NCBI GenBank assembly: GCA_945875935.1
Contig: CAMCNE010000001.1
Coordinates: 1 to 58,966 of the forward strand
Direction: 5' to 3'
Source: Bordetella parapertussis
GTDB taxonomy: Bacteria > Pseudomonadota > Gammaproteobacteria > Burkholderiales > Burkholderiaceae_C
Length of the DNA stretch: 58,966 nt
The notes below the pieces were generated by a model. It was not told the DNA's origin and did not search any database. It saw only the letters and a program-made list of their open reading frames with translations. Position numbers and translations under genes: made by a program. Each line of letters opens with the position of its first letter. Position 1 is the stretch's first letter. Below are positions 18,703 through 28,205 of this stretch, one piece after another.

Positions 18703-19008
18703 ATGACCATGCGCACCGTGGCACCGGTATCGCCGGGCGAAATGCTCGAAGAAGAGTTCCTCAAACCGCTGGGTCTGACGAAGTACCGTCTGGCCAAGGA
18801 CATCGGCGTGCCGCCTCAGCGCATCGGCGACATCGTGTCGGGCAAGCGCGGCATCACCGCCGACACCGACCTGCGCTTGTGCCGCTACTTCGGCTTGGCC
18901 GACGGTTGGTGGCTGCGCGGTCAGGCCAGCTACGACACCGCCATCGCTCGCGAGTCGATGGGCGAGGCGCTGTCGCGCATTCAGCGCTGTCCCTTGATGG
19001 CCGTTTGA
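18703..19008 (+). CDS. higA: HigA-family antitoxin (XRE helix-turn-helix), with no adjacent HigB
   Basis: PGEMLEEEFLKPLGLTKYRLAKDIGVPPQRIGDIVSGKRGITADTDLRLCRYFG matches the HigA family pattern. Confidence 0.75.
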   Translation: MTMRTVAPVSPGEMLEEEFLKPLGLTKYRLAKDIGVPPQRIGDIVSGKRGITADTDLRLCRYFGLADGWWLRGQASYDTAIARESMGEALSRIQRCPLMAV

Positions 19009-19039
19009 GCCCCATGCCGCTGCGCCGCGCTGCATCCCC

Positions 19040-20095
19040 ATGCGCCTGACCCAGCTGCGCCAGCGCCTGCGCGATCACGGTGCCTTGCCGTGCCACGAGC
19101 ACCGGGTGCTGCGGCTGTGGTCGCAGGCGATGCCGCAAGACAGCGGGCGGCGCAAGCCTGAGGACTTTTTGCCGCTGTCGGTTCGCACCGCGCTGCCGGC
19201 ACTTGAGGCCGATCTGCACGGTCTGGCGCGGCTGATTTCCGAGCACCCCGCCGAGGACGGCTCGGCGCGCTTGCTGGTCGGGCTGCACGATGGCCAGACG
19301 GTCGAATCGGTGCTGCTGCCGCGAGACGGCCTGTGCGTGTCCACGCAGGTCGGCTGCGCGGTGGGCTGCGTGTTCTGCATGACCGGGCAGGGCGGTTTGC
19401 TGCGCCAGTTGGGCAGTGCCGAGATCGTGGCGCAAGTGGCGCTGGCGCGGCGGCTGCGCGTGGTCAAGAAGGTGGTGTTCATGGGCATGGGCGAGCCGGC
19501 GCACAACCTCGACAACGTGATGGAAGCCATCGCGCTGCTCGGCCACGAGGGCGGCATCGGTCACAAGAATCTGGTGTTTTCAACGGTGGGCGACCGGCGT
19601 GCCTTCGAGCAGCTGGCCGCCGGGCCGGTCAAGCCCGCGTTGGCCTTGTCGCTGCACACCACCAAGGCCGAGCTGCGCGCTGAGCTGCTGCCACGCGCTG
19701 CCTTGATCGATCCCGAAGAACTGGTGGAACTGGCCGAGCGTTACGCACGCGCCACCGGCTATCCGGTGCAGTACCAGTGGACGCTGCTGGCCGGCATCAA
19801 CGACGGCGACGACGAGCTCGATGGCATCGTGCGGCTGCTTGCCGGCAAGCGCGCCATCATGAACATGATTCCGTACAACGCGGTCGAAGGTCTGGGCTTT
19901 GCCAGGCCGGCCGATGAGCGATCGGCCGCCATCGCCCGGCAGCTGCACCAGCGCGGCGTGCTGACCAAGCTGCGCCAGTCGGCGGGCCAGGACATCGACG
20001 GCGGCTGTGGCCAGCTGCGAGCTCGCCAAAGCGCGCCGGTGCGGGTTCAGAGGTTGCTGTTCGCTCGCACTTCCTCGAGTGACGTGACGCCCTGA
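19040..20095 (+). CDS. RlmN/Cfr-family radical SAM rRNA/tRNA adenine methyltransferase paralog
   Basis: LCVSTQVGCAVGCVFCMTG (radical SAM CxxxCxxC plus the upstream Cys), GMGEP, and the C-terminal DIDGGCGQL catalytic Cys. The N-terminal 90 aa are unlike canonical RlmN. Confidence 0.75.
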   Translation: MRLTQLRQRLRDHGALPCHEHRVLRLWSQAMPQDSGRRKPEDFLPLSVRTALPALEADLHGLARLISEHPAEDGSARLLVGLHDGQTVESVLLPRDGLCVSTQVGCAVGCVFCMTGQGGLLRQLGSAEIVAQVALARRLRVVKKVVFMGMGEPAHNLDNVMEAIALLGHEGGIGHKNLVFSTVGDRRAFEQLAAGPVKPALALSLHTTKAELRAELLPRAALIDPEELVELAERYARATGYPVQYQWTLLAGINDGDDELDGIVRLLAGKRAIMNMIPYNAVEGLGFARPADERSAAIARQLHQRGVLTKLRQSAGQDIDGGCGQLRARQSAPVRVQRLLFARTSSSDVTP

Positions 20096-22611
20096 AGCAC
20101 TTTTTCGATGCCGTCCTGACGCAGCGTGCGCATGCCTTGCTGCATGGCGATGGCCTGCAATTCTTCAGCGCGTGCGCCAGTCTGGATCATGCGGCGAATC
20201 TCGCGCGACACCGACAGCAGCTCGTGCAGACCGGCGCGGCCGCGTTGTCCGGTCTCGCCGCATTGCGCGCAGCCGGTGCACGAGTAGTGCACCAGACGGC
20301 CTGACTCGCCGTAGCGCTGGGTCCAGTCGGCGCGCACGGTTTCGCGGGCAAAGCGCGGGTCGTCTTTCGGGCTGGTGTGCAGGTAGTCGGACAGCAGCTC
20401 GTCGATCTCTTCTTCGGTGGCAGGCCGGCTGGTGCGGCAACCGCTGCACAGACGGCGCACCAGACGCTGCGCCAGCACCACCAGCAGCGCGTCGGCAAAG
20501 TTGAACGGGTCCATGCCCATGTCGAGCAGACGCGTGACGGTTTCGGGCGCGCTGTTGGTGTGCAGCGTCGACATCACCAGATGGCCGGTGAGCGAGGCTT
20601 CGACCGCCATGTGTGAGGTGTCGTGGTCGCGGATTTCACCGACCATGATCACGTCGGGGTCGGCGCGCAGGAATGCGCGCAGCGCCTTGGCAAAGGTCCA
20701 GTCGATCTTCGGGTTGACCTGCACCTGACGCAGGCCGGCCTGGGTGATTTCGATCGGGTCTTCGGCCGTCCAGATCTTGCGCTCGGGCTGGTTGATGAAG
20801 CTGAGTGCCGAGTGCAGCGTGGTCGTCTTGCCCGAGCCGGTGGGCCCCACGCACAGCACCAGTCCGTAGGGGCGCTGGATGGCGGCGGTGAGCTGCTTGA
20901 AGTTGTGCTCGGTCAGGCCGATGCGGTCGAGTGGCATCGGCTTGGCCGACGCCAGGATCCGCATCACGACGTCTTCGAGACCGCTGTGGGTGGGGATGGT
21001 GGCCACGCGCAGTTCGATGCGGTGCTGCGGCATAAACTTGGCAAAGTTGATCTTGCCGTCTTGCGGCTTGCGGCGCTCGGAGATGTCGAGGTCGCACATG
21101 ATCTTGGTGCGAGCGATCATGGCGCTGCGGTAGGTCGGCGGCAGCTCGAGGTAGGTGCGCAGCGCGCCGTCCTTGCGAAAGCGGATGCGGATCTTTTCGC
21201 GACCCGGGTAGCTTTCGATGTGGATGTCAGACGCCCCCTCGCGGTGGGCCTCGATGATCATGTTGTTGATTAGCCGAACCAGCGAGTTGTCCGATTGCTC
21301 GATCGGTCTTTCATCGTGGCCGGCGTCGTCGTTTTCACGCTCGAGCGTTTCAACCAGCTTGTCGGTGCCGATGGCGGTCTGAGGCTCGGCCTCTTGTTGC
21401 TCCAGGCTGCTCTGCCTGGACCCCGAGACGGCGCCGATCTGGTCGTAGGCCGCGTGGGTGCGGTCGTCCATCGAGCGGCTTTGCCCGAGCACGGGCACCA
21501 CCTTCATCTGGGCCGAGAACTCGGCTTCCTCAACAGCCGCACGCCGGCGCGCCGGGTCGTCGAGTGCCACCACCAGGCGGCCCTGAAAGATCAGCAACGG
21601 CAGCAAGCGCAGCCGGGTCGCCAGGGAGTAGGGCAACTTGCGCAGCGCGTCGGCCTCGATCGGGAACGCGTCGACATCGACCAGCGGATAGCCCATCTTG
21701 CGCGCCATCGCCACTTGCAGGTCAGGCCGCGTGACCACGCCGCTGCGCACCAGGATCTCGCCCAGCGGCACGCTGCGATCGAGCTCCTGCTGGCGCAGCG
21801 CGGCCTGCAGGTCTTGGATATCGATCATGCCCAGCGACATCAGCGCCTCGCCGATGCGCACCATGGGCATGCGCGCTTGCTGCTCAAGCGCGCTCACCAG
21901 TTGGTCGGAGGTGACGATGTTGCGCGAGACCAGGATGTCGCCGATGCGCTTTTCGCGCATCTTCACTTGCTCTGCGGCGGCTCTTTCGACCTGATCCGGC
22001 GTGGCGGCTTGCTGCTCGATGAGCAACTCGCCGATGCGCTGTCCCAGATCGAAGGACTTGTAGGCACTGGCCGGCACGAAGGTGCGCATGACCGCCCCTG
22101 AATCGTCATCGGGCTGGAACAGGAACAAGCCGTAGGGCGTTTCGACGTTGCCGACGGTCGAGCCGCACCATTCACCGCCTTGTTTCCACACCAGCCTGAA
22201 GGTGGTAGGCCTGCCTGGCGTCAGCACCATCTCGCCGGGGGTTTCTGCGGCAATTTGCTGGGGCGGCAACGGGTCGGTCAGCGTGAGCGAGCGGAACTGC
22301 TCGAAGCGCAGCAGCAGTTCGGATTTCGATGGTGGCAACTGCACCCATGCAGCGCGCCTGTCCGGCAAGAAGGCGCTGATCTTGCCGTGCATCAGCTTGT
22401 CATTGAGGCCCACGATCTTGCACGCCAGCGCTCCCGATTGGGGCTGGGCGATCGGGTAGACCGCAAACGGTGGCGAAGGCCAGCAAAACGGTGGCGCCGC
22501 AGCGGCGTCGTCTTCGGCTTCGACTTCGACGCCGGCCGTCAAGTCGGCGGGATTCGCGGCCTGTGCGGCGTCCTGAGCTTTCGGTTTTGAAGGTGTCGTG
22601 GTTTGAGCCAT
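20047..22611 (-). CDS. GspE/PilB-type secretion ATPase with a ~190-aa unassigned N-terminal domain and four MshEN-like repeats
   Basis: Walker A GPTGSGKTTT, Asp box, Walker B (PDVIMVGEIRD), His box (TGHLVMSTLHTN), and tetracysteine CSGC...CTGCAQCGETG. Four 24-aa RIGxxLxxxGxx....L...L..Q units span aa 192-305. Confidence 0.85.
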   Translation of the reverse strand: MAQTTTPSKPKAQDAAQAANPADLTAGVEVEAEDDAAAAPPFCWPSPPFAVYPIAQPQSGALACKIVGLNDKLMHGKISAFLPDRRAAWVQLPPSKSELLLRFEQFRSLTLTDPLPPQQIAAETPGEMVLTPGRPTTFRLVWKQGGEWCGSTVGNVETPYGLFLFQPDDDSGAVMRTFVPASAYKSFDLGQRIGELLIEQQAATPDQVERAAAEQVKMREKRIGDILVSRNIVTSDQLVSALEQQARMPMVRIGEALMSLGMIDIQDLQAALRQQELDRSVPLGEILVRSGVVTRPDLQVAMARKMGYPLVDVDAFPIEADALRKLPYSLATRLRLLPLLIFQGRLVVALDDPARRRAAVEEAEFSAQMKVVPVLGQSRSMDDRTHAAYDQIGAVSGSRQSSLEQQEAEPQTAIGTDKLVETLERENDDAGHDERPIEQSDNSLVRLINNMIIEAHREGASDIHIESYPGREKIRIRFRKDGALRTYLELPPTYRSAMIARTKIMCDLDISERRKPQDGKINFAKFMPQHRIELRVATIPTHSGLEDVVMRILASAKPMPLDRIGLTEHNFKQLTAAIQRPYGLVLCVGPTGSGKTTTLHSALSFINQPERKIWTAEDPIEITQAGLRQVQVNPKIDWTFAKALRAFLRADPDVIMVGEIRDHDTSHMAVEASLTGHLVMSTLHTNSAPETVTRLLDMGMDPFNFADALLVVLAQRLVRRLCSGCRTSRPATEEEIDELLSDYLHTSPKDDPRFARETVRADWTQRYGESGRLVHYSCTGCAQCGETGQRGRAGLHELLSVSREIRRMIQTGARAEELQAIAMQQGMRTLRQDGIEKVLQGVTSLEEVRANSNL

Positions 22612-22912
22612 GGTGTGATCGATGCTTTTGTCGTCAACGGATAAGACGCCTTGAGGCGTGCGGTGACATCCTCAAACCCGAGAAGAATTGCCACAGCGTG
22701 ATATTTGACGCATTCAAGTGCGTCAGATGTCCTGATATGAAGGCGTTTGCCGGCGTATTTCTACACCCTGCCCCGCCTTGGGCCTTCAGCGGGCCAGCAA
22801 ATTGCGAGCCGAGCGTATCAGTGGCCACGCTGCCAGCGCTTGGCGCACTGCGAGCGCCAGGGTGCGGCCGGCACGCCGCTCCTGCAGCAGCCAGCCCAGC
22901 ACGATCACCGCC

Positions 22913-23734
22913 TCAGTCGCGGGGGCGGTAGACGATGGTCATGGCGGGGGGAACCTTACCGTTTTCATCGCGAGGCAGCACCTCGGTTCGCTCAATGGCA
23001 CGCAAGACAGCGTCATCCCATTCGGGCACGCCACTGCGTTTGGAGATGCGGCTGGACATGATGCGCCCGTCAGGTGCAAGTCGGATGTCGATCTCGACCG
23101 CCGGATTGCCGGGCAAGGTGTCGGGGAACGACACGTTGGGGCGGATGCGGCCCTTGATGCGGCCGATGTAGTCGGCGCTCGGCCCCGCACTTTGCAGCGC
23201 GCTGCCGGTGGCTGTGGGCGCGCCAGTGGCACCGGCCAGTCCGGCCATGCGCTGCATCTGCTTTTCGCGCGCGGCGGCCAGCGCGGCATCGGCTTTTTTC
23301 TTGTCGAGCTCCGCGCGGCGCTTGTCGGCGGCGTCATCCTTGCGTTTTTGCTCGGCGAGCTTGTCGGCCTCACGGGCTTTTTCCGCCTCTTTGTCAGCCA
23401 GCTCTTTCTTTTTCTTGGCCTTTTCGATGGCGATCTGCGCATCCGGCTCGGGCTGCGCCACCGGCGGCTTCGGGGGTGCGGGTGGCGGCTCGACCCGGGG
23501 TTCGGGTTTGGGCGGCGGCTCGGGTTCGACCGCGCGGGGTGCGACTTGTTGAGGCACGGCCGCCCACAGCTCGGCTTCGATGCCCTCGGGCGGACTGGCA
23601 TTCCAGCTCACGCCGAATGACAGCGCGGCCACCAGCAGCAAGTGCGCGATCACCGCGAACGCCAGACCGCGCCCCAGCCCCGCCGGTGGCCGCGGCATGA
23701 AGCTGTCGTGCTGCAGGGATGCGCTGCTCGCCAT
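22913..23734 (-). CDS. tolA: Cell envelope integrity protein TolA
   Basis: N-terminal anchor, Pro-rich then Lys/Glu/Ala-rich helical region, TonB/TolA C-terminal domain. Follows tolQ-tolR. Confidence 0.75.
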   Translation of the reverse strand: MASSASLQHDSFMPRPPAGLGRGLAFAVIAHLLLVAALSFGVSWNASPPEGIEAELWAAVPQQVAPRAVEPEPPPKPEPRVEPPPAPPKPPVAQPEPDAQIAIEKAKKKKELADKEAEKAREADKLAEQKRKDDAADKRRAELDKKKADAALAAAREKQMQRMAGLAGATGAPTATGSALQSAGPSADYIGRIKGRIRPNVSFPDTLPGNPAVEIDIRLAPDGRIMSSRISKRSGVPEWDDAVLRAIERTEVLPRDENGKVPPAMTIVYRPRD

Positions 23735-23749
23735 CGTGATCGCGCGGAC

Positions 23750-24178
<429 letters not shown>

Positions 24179-24179
24179 C

Positions 24180-24878
24180 TCAGCGCACCCCGGCAGCCGG
24201 CGCGGCCTGGCTGGCGTTGCGCTGCAGGATGTTGGAGAACTCTTCGGTGAAGGTCTCCATCTGGATCGCGATGCGGTCGATTTCGCGGGCGAAGCGGTTG
24301 TAGGCGATCACCGCCGGGATGGCGGCAAACAGGCCGATGGCCGTGGCCACCAGCGCCTCGGCGATGCCCGGTGCCACCGTGGCCAGCGACACCTGGGTCA
24401 GGTTGGCCAGGCCGATGAAGGCGTGCATGATTCCCCACACCGTGCCGAACAGCCCCACGTACGGCGACACCGAACCCACCGAGGCAAGAAACGACAGGTT
24501 GGACTCGATGGTGTCGAGCTCGCGCTGGAAGCTCGCTCGCATGGCGCGCCTGGCGCCGTCGAGCAGCGCGCCCGGATCGCTCACCCGGCGTTCGCGCAGC
24601 TTCATGAATTCGCGCATGCCCGAGGCGAACACGCGTTCCATGGGTGCCGACTGGTCGGCGTGCTTGCCCGCATCGTCGTACAGGTCGTTGAGGTTCTTGC
24701 CGGCCCAGAACTCGCGCTCGAACTCCTCGTTGCGAGCGCGCACCTGGCGCAGTCCGAAGAGCTTGCCGAAGATCACCGACCAGCTCGCCAGCGAGGTGAT
24801 CAGCAGGCCGGCCATCACGAGCTGAACGACCACGCTGGCGTTGAGCACGAGGCTGAGGATGGACATGTCTTGGTTCAT
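24180..24878 (-). CDS. tolQ: TolQ (MotA/TolQ/ExbB proton channel)
   Basis: Three transmembrane segments, GLFGTVWGIMHAF and IAEALVATAIGLFAAIPA motifs. Confidence 0.85.
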   Translation of the reverse strand: MNQDMSILSLVLNASVVVQLVMAGLLITSLASWSVIFGKLFGLRQVRARNEEFEREFWAGKNLNDLYDDAGKHADQSAPMERVFASGMREFMKLRERRVSDPGALLDGARRAMRASFQRELDTIESNLSFLASVGSVSPYVGLFGTVWGIMHAFIGLANLTQVSLATVAPGIAEALVATAIGLFAAIPAVIAYNRFAREIDRIAIQMETFTEEFSNILQRNASQAAPAAGVR

Positions 24879-25300
24879 GGCTTCAACGGGTTGGAATTTT
24901 GTGAAATGACGTGGGTGATGCCGTCAGGAATGCGCCGTGGCGCGAACCGGGTGATGTCGACGCAGGCGATGCGGATGCTGCCTTCGGTGAGCAGTTCCTC
25001 AGCCCGCCAGACTTGCTGCTCGATGGTGATCGACACGCGTGCCACAGCGGTCAGGCGCACCGTGATTGTGAGCAGATCGTCAAGGCGCGCCGGGCGCAGA
25101 TAGCGCACCCGGGTTTCGCTCACGACAAAGGCCGCCTCGTCGTCCACACGCATGCTTTCCTGGCTGAAGCCCAGCGAGCGCAGCCACTCGGTGCGCGCGC
25201 GCTCGAAGAACTTCAGGTAATTGGCAAAGAACACCACGCCGCCGGCATCGGTGTCTTCCCAGTAAACGCGCACCGGGTGTTCGAAGTCGTTCGCCGTCAT
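24875..25300 (-). CDS. ybgC: Tol-Pal-associated acyl-CoA thioesterase YbgC (4HBT hotdog fold)
   Basis: VRVYWEDTDAGGVVFFANYLKFFERART signature. There is a 4-nt ATGA overlap with tolQ. Confidence 0.8.
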   Translation of the reverse strand: MTANDFEHPVRVYWEDTDAGGVVFFANYLKFFERARTEWLRSLGFSQESMRVDDEAAFVVSETRVRYLRPARLDDLLTITVRLTAVARVSITIEQQVWRAEELLTEGSIRIACVDITRFAPRRIPDGITHVISQNSNPLKP

Positions 25301-25347
25301 GGGTGTTCGTGGCGCCGCGCGACCCGATTGCTGCCCGTGGGCCTGAG

Positions 25348-25875
25348 TCAGCGCCTGACCGCCCGTGCGGCCTCGACTTCGACGGCACGCAGGTCGGCCG
25401 CCATCTTGTCGATCACGCCATTGACGAACTTGTGGCCGTCGGTGCCACCAAAGCTCTTGGCGAGCTCGACCGCCTCGTTGATGACCACGCGGTAGGGGAT
25501 GTCGATGCAGTGCTTCAGCTCGTACACGCCGATCATCAGCACGCCGTGCTCGACCGGCGACAGCTCGCTCATCTTGCGATCAACGTGGCGACCAAGCGCC
25601 ACATCGATTTCGCTGGCCTGTTCGATGCAGCCGCGCAGCAGGGCTTCGAAGTGGGCTTCGTCACACGGCAGAAAGTCGTCCTGCGCGCGCATGTGGAGTT
25701 CGATTTCAGGCACCTGCTCACCCGACAGCAGCCAGTCGTACAGGCCTTGCAGGGCCAGCTCTCGCGAGCGCCGGCGCAGCGAATTCTTCGACGACTTGCC
25801 CGACGTTCGGCTGCGGCGCGCCGGAGCTTGCACTTCAGGTGTGTGTGTCGATGAGGGGGATTCGGCGTCGATCAC
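25348..25875 (-). CDS. nusB: Transcription antitermination factor NusB, with a basic N-terminal extension
   Basis: [17 protein letters not shown]...[27 protein letters not shown]. The start is placed at a GTG that overlaps the ribH stop (GTGA); the start is uncertain. Confidence 0.8.
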   Translation of the reverse strand: MIDAESPSSTHTPEVQAPARRSRTSGKSSKNSLRRRSRELALQGLYDWLLSGEQVPEIELHMRAQDDFLPCDEAHFEALLRGCIEQASEIDVALGRHVDRKMSELSPVEHGVLMIGVYELKHCIDIPYRVVINEAVELAKSFGGTDGHKFVNGVIDKMAADLRAVEVEAARAVRR

Positions 25876-26336
25876 GAGAGCTTTTCCATCAACTGGGCCA
25901 TTTCGACAGCCACCCGGGCGGCATCGCGGCTTTTCTGTTCGGCCCGCGCCCAAGCCTGGGCTTCGTTGTCGACGGTGAGGATGGCGTTGGCCACCGGAAT
26001 CACGTGATCGAGTGCCACGCGGCTGACGCCCGCACCGCTTTCATTGGCGACCAGTTCGAAGTGATAGGTGTCGCCGCGGATGATGCAGCCCAGCGCGATC
26101 AGCGCGTCGTAGTTGCCGCTGTCGGCCATGGCCATCAGGACCACCGGGATTTCCAGCGCGCCGGGCACGGTGATGTGCTCGATGGATTCGTCGTCCACGC
26201 CCAGTGCGTGCAATTCGGCGATGCACGACTCGGCCATGCGCGTGGTGATCTCGGCGTTGAAACGAGCTTGCACGATGCCGACACAGAAGTCGACACCGTC
26301 GAGGATGGGCGTGTGGCCGGTGTCAGCACCTTGCAT
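25872..26336 (-). CDS. ribH: 6,7-dimethyl-8-ribityllumazine synthase
   Basis: 154 aa from [17 protein letters not shown]...VPGALEIP...[14 protein letters not shown] motifs. Confidence 0.9.
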   Translation of the reverse strand: MQGADTGHTPILDGVDFCVGIVQARFNAEITTRMAESCIAELHALGVDDESIEHITVPGALEIPVVLMAMADSGNYDALIALGCIIRGDTYHFELVANESGAGVSRVALDHVIPVANAILTVDNEAQAWARAEQKSRDAARVAVEMAQLMEKLS

Positions 26337-26359
26337 GGGAAATCCTCGGGGTTGGTTGA

Positions 26360-27472
26360 TCAATCGGTGCCTTGCGAGGCGTCTGCGGCGATGAAGCCGG
26401 TGACCTCGAGACCGTAGCCCACCATGCTGGGCATGCGCCTGGGGCTGCCCAGCAGTTTCATTTTGGCCACGCCCATGTCGCGCAGGATCTGCGCGCCGAT
26501 GCCGTAGGTGCGCAAGTCCATGGGCTGCGCACGCCTGGGGCTGGCATCTTGCGCGGGATTCAATCTGTCGAGCAGGGCGGCGGTGTTCTCGCCGCAGTTG
26601 AGCAGCACCGCGATGCCGCGCTCGCTGGCTTGCAACTGCGCCAGTGCCCGCGGTAGCGGCCACGAGTGGCTGCAGTGGCCGGCGTCGAGCAGGTCCATCA
26701 CCGACAGCGGCTCGTGCACGCGAACCAGCACCTCGTCTTGTGCCGTCCACTGGCCACGGGTGAGTGCCAGGTGCAGCCCGCCCGTGCGGTCGACGAACGA
26801 GGTGCAGCTGAATTCGCCTTGAGCGGTCATCAGCGTGCGCTGGCCGACGCGCTCGATCAGGGTTTCGTTTCGGCTGCGGTACTCGATCAGGTCGGCGATG
26901 GTGCCGATCTTCAGGCCGTGCTGCTGCGCGAAGACTTCGAGGTCGGGCAGCCGCGCCATCGTGCCGTCGTCGTTCATGATTTCGCAGATCACCGACGCCG
27001 GCGACAGCCCGGCCATCGCCGACAGGTCGCAGCCGGCTTCGGTGTGGCCGGCGCGCATGAGCACGCCGCCGTCTTGCGCTTGCAGCGGAAAGATGTGGCC
27101 GGGTTGCACCAGATCGCCAGCCTGCGCATCGCGTGCCACGGCGGCTTGCACGGTGCGTGCGCGGTCGGCTGCAGAGATTCCGGTGGTGACACCCGCAGCC
27201 GCTTCGATCGACACGGTGAAGGCGGTGCCATGCTGCGCGCCGTTCTTGAGTGCCATGGGCGGCAGCCGCAGGCGTTCGCAGCGCTCACGCGTGAGGGTCA
27301 GGCAGATCAGGCCGCGACCAAAGCGCGCCATGAAGTTGATGGTGTCGGCGGTGACGTGATCGGCAGCCACCACCAGATCACCTTCGTTTTCTCGATCTTC
27401 CTCGTCAACAAGGATGACCATGCGTCCGGCTGCCAGCTCGGTCAGCAGCTCGGGAATAGGGGAAATCGCCAT
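26360..27472 (-). CDS. ribBA: Bifunctional 3,4-dihydroxy-2-butanone-4-phosphate synthase / GTP cyclohydrolase II-like
   Basis: 370 aa from [22 protein letters not shown] and HTEAGCDL (RibB part) are followed by a RibA-like C-terminal half. Confidence 0.9.
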   Translation of the reverse strand: MAISPIPELLTELAAGRMVILVDEEDRENEGDLVVAADHVTADTINFMARFGRGLICLTLTRERCERLRLPPMALKNGAQHGTAFTVSIEAAAGVTTGISAADRARTVQAAVARDAQAGDLVQPGHIFPLQAQDGGVLMRAGHTEAGCDLSAMAGLSPASVICEIMNDDGTMARLPDLEVFAQQHGLKIGTIADLIEYRSRNETLIERVGQRTLMTAQGEFSCTSFVDRTGGLHLALTRGQWTAQDEVLVRVHEPLSVMDLLDAGHCSHSWPLPRALAQLQASERGIAVLLNCGENTAALLDRLNPAQDASPRRAQPMDLRTYGIGAQILRDMGVAKMKLLGSPRRMPSMVGYGLEVTGFIAADASQGTD

Positions 27473-27537
27473 CGACGGATTGTAGGTGGCGGGTGCTGCC
27501 GCCACCGGTGTCAAAGCGGCTGTCTCGCGCCCGGTGT

Positions 27538-28170
27538 TCAGACGTGCGTGCGGGCCGGGGCCGAGAGCATGCGCTCGACGTAGCGCGCGATCAGGTCGAC
27601 CTCGAGATTGACCGCCACACCGGGATACAGCCGACCCAGCGCGGTGTTGTCGATGGTGTGCGGGATCAGGTTGATGCTGATCTCGCAGCCCTGGGCGTGA
27701 TCGGCCACCGAGTTGACCGTGAGGCTCACGCCGTTGACGGTGATCGAGCCCTTGTAGGCGAGAAAGCGCGCCAGGCTGCTTGGTATATCCAGCCGCAAGG
27801 TCCACGACTCGCCGGTGGCGGCAAAGTGCGTCACCACGCCGATGCCATCGACGTGGCCGCTCACCAGATGGCCGCCGAGCCGATCGTTGGCGCGCAGGGC
27901 TTTTTCAAGGTTGACCGCGCCGGTGGCAGCCAGTGCGGCGGTTCTGGCCAGGCTTTCGGCCGAGATGTCGACGGTGAAAGATGTGCGGCTGGCGTCCAGC
28001 GAGGTCACGGTCATGCAAGCGCCGTTGAGCGCGATGCTGTCGCCCAGGCCGACGTCGTCGAGGTAGCCCGCGGGCGTGGCGATGGTCAGCCGCTTGCCGT
28101 GCGATGCGTCGTCGCCCAGCGCTTGCACGTCGGTGATGCGGCCGAGGCCGGTGATGATGCCGGTGAACAT
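27538..28170 (-). CDS. ribE: Riboflavin synthase alpha chain
   Basis: 210 aa from MFTGIITGLG. Internal duplication is visible: GDSIALNGACMTV / GSITVNGVSLTV. Confidence 0.9.
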   Translation of the reverse strand: MFTGIITGLGRITDVQALGDDASHGKRLTIATPAGYLDDVGLGDSIALNGACMTVTSLDASRTSFTVDISAESLARTAALAATGAVNLEKALRANDRLGGHLVSGHVDGIGVVTHFAATGESWTLRLDIPSSLARFLAYKGSITVNGVSLTVNSVADHAQGCEISINLIPHTIDNTALGRLYPGVAVNLEVDLIARYVERMLSAPARTHV

Positions 28171-28205
28171 GAGGGCAGGCTCCGGGTTGCAGGTTTCAAA
28201 AGGGT

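Noticed and set aside
23180-23560. Repetitive-looking DNA inside tolA (GC-rich runs plus AAG/GAA/GCC periodicity).
   Set aside because: It encodes the Pro-rich and Lys/Glu/Ala-rich helical linker typical of TolA. This is low-complexity coding sequence, not a repeat element or CRISPR.
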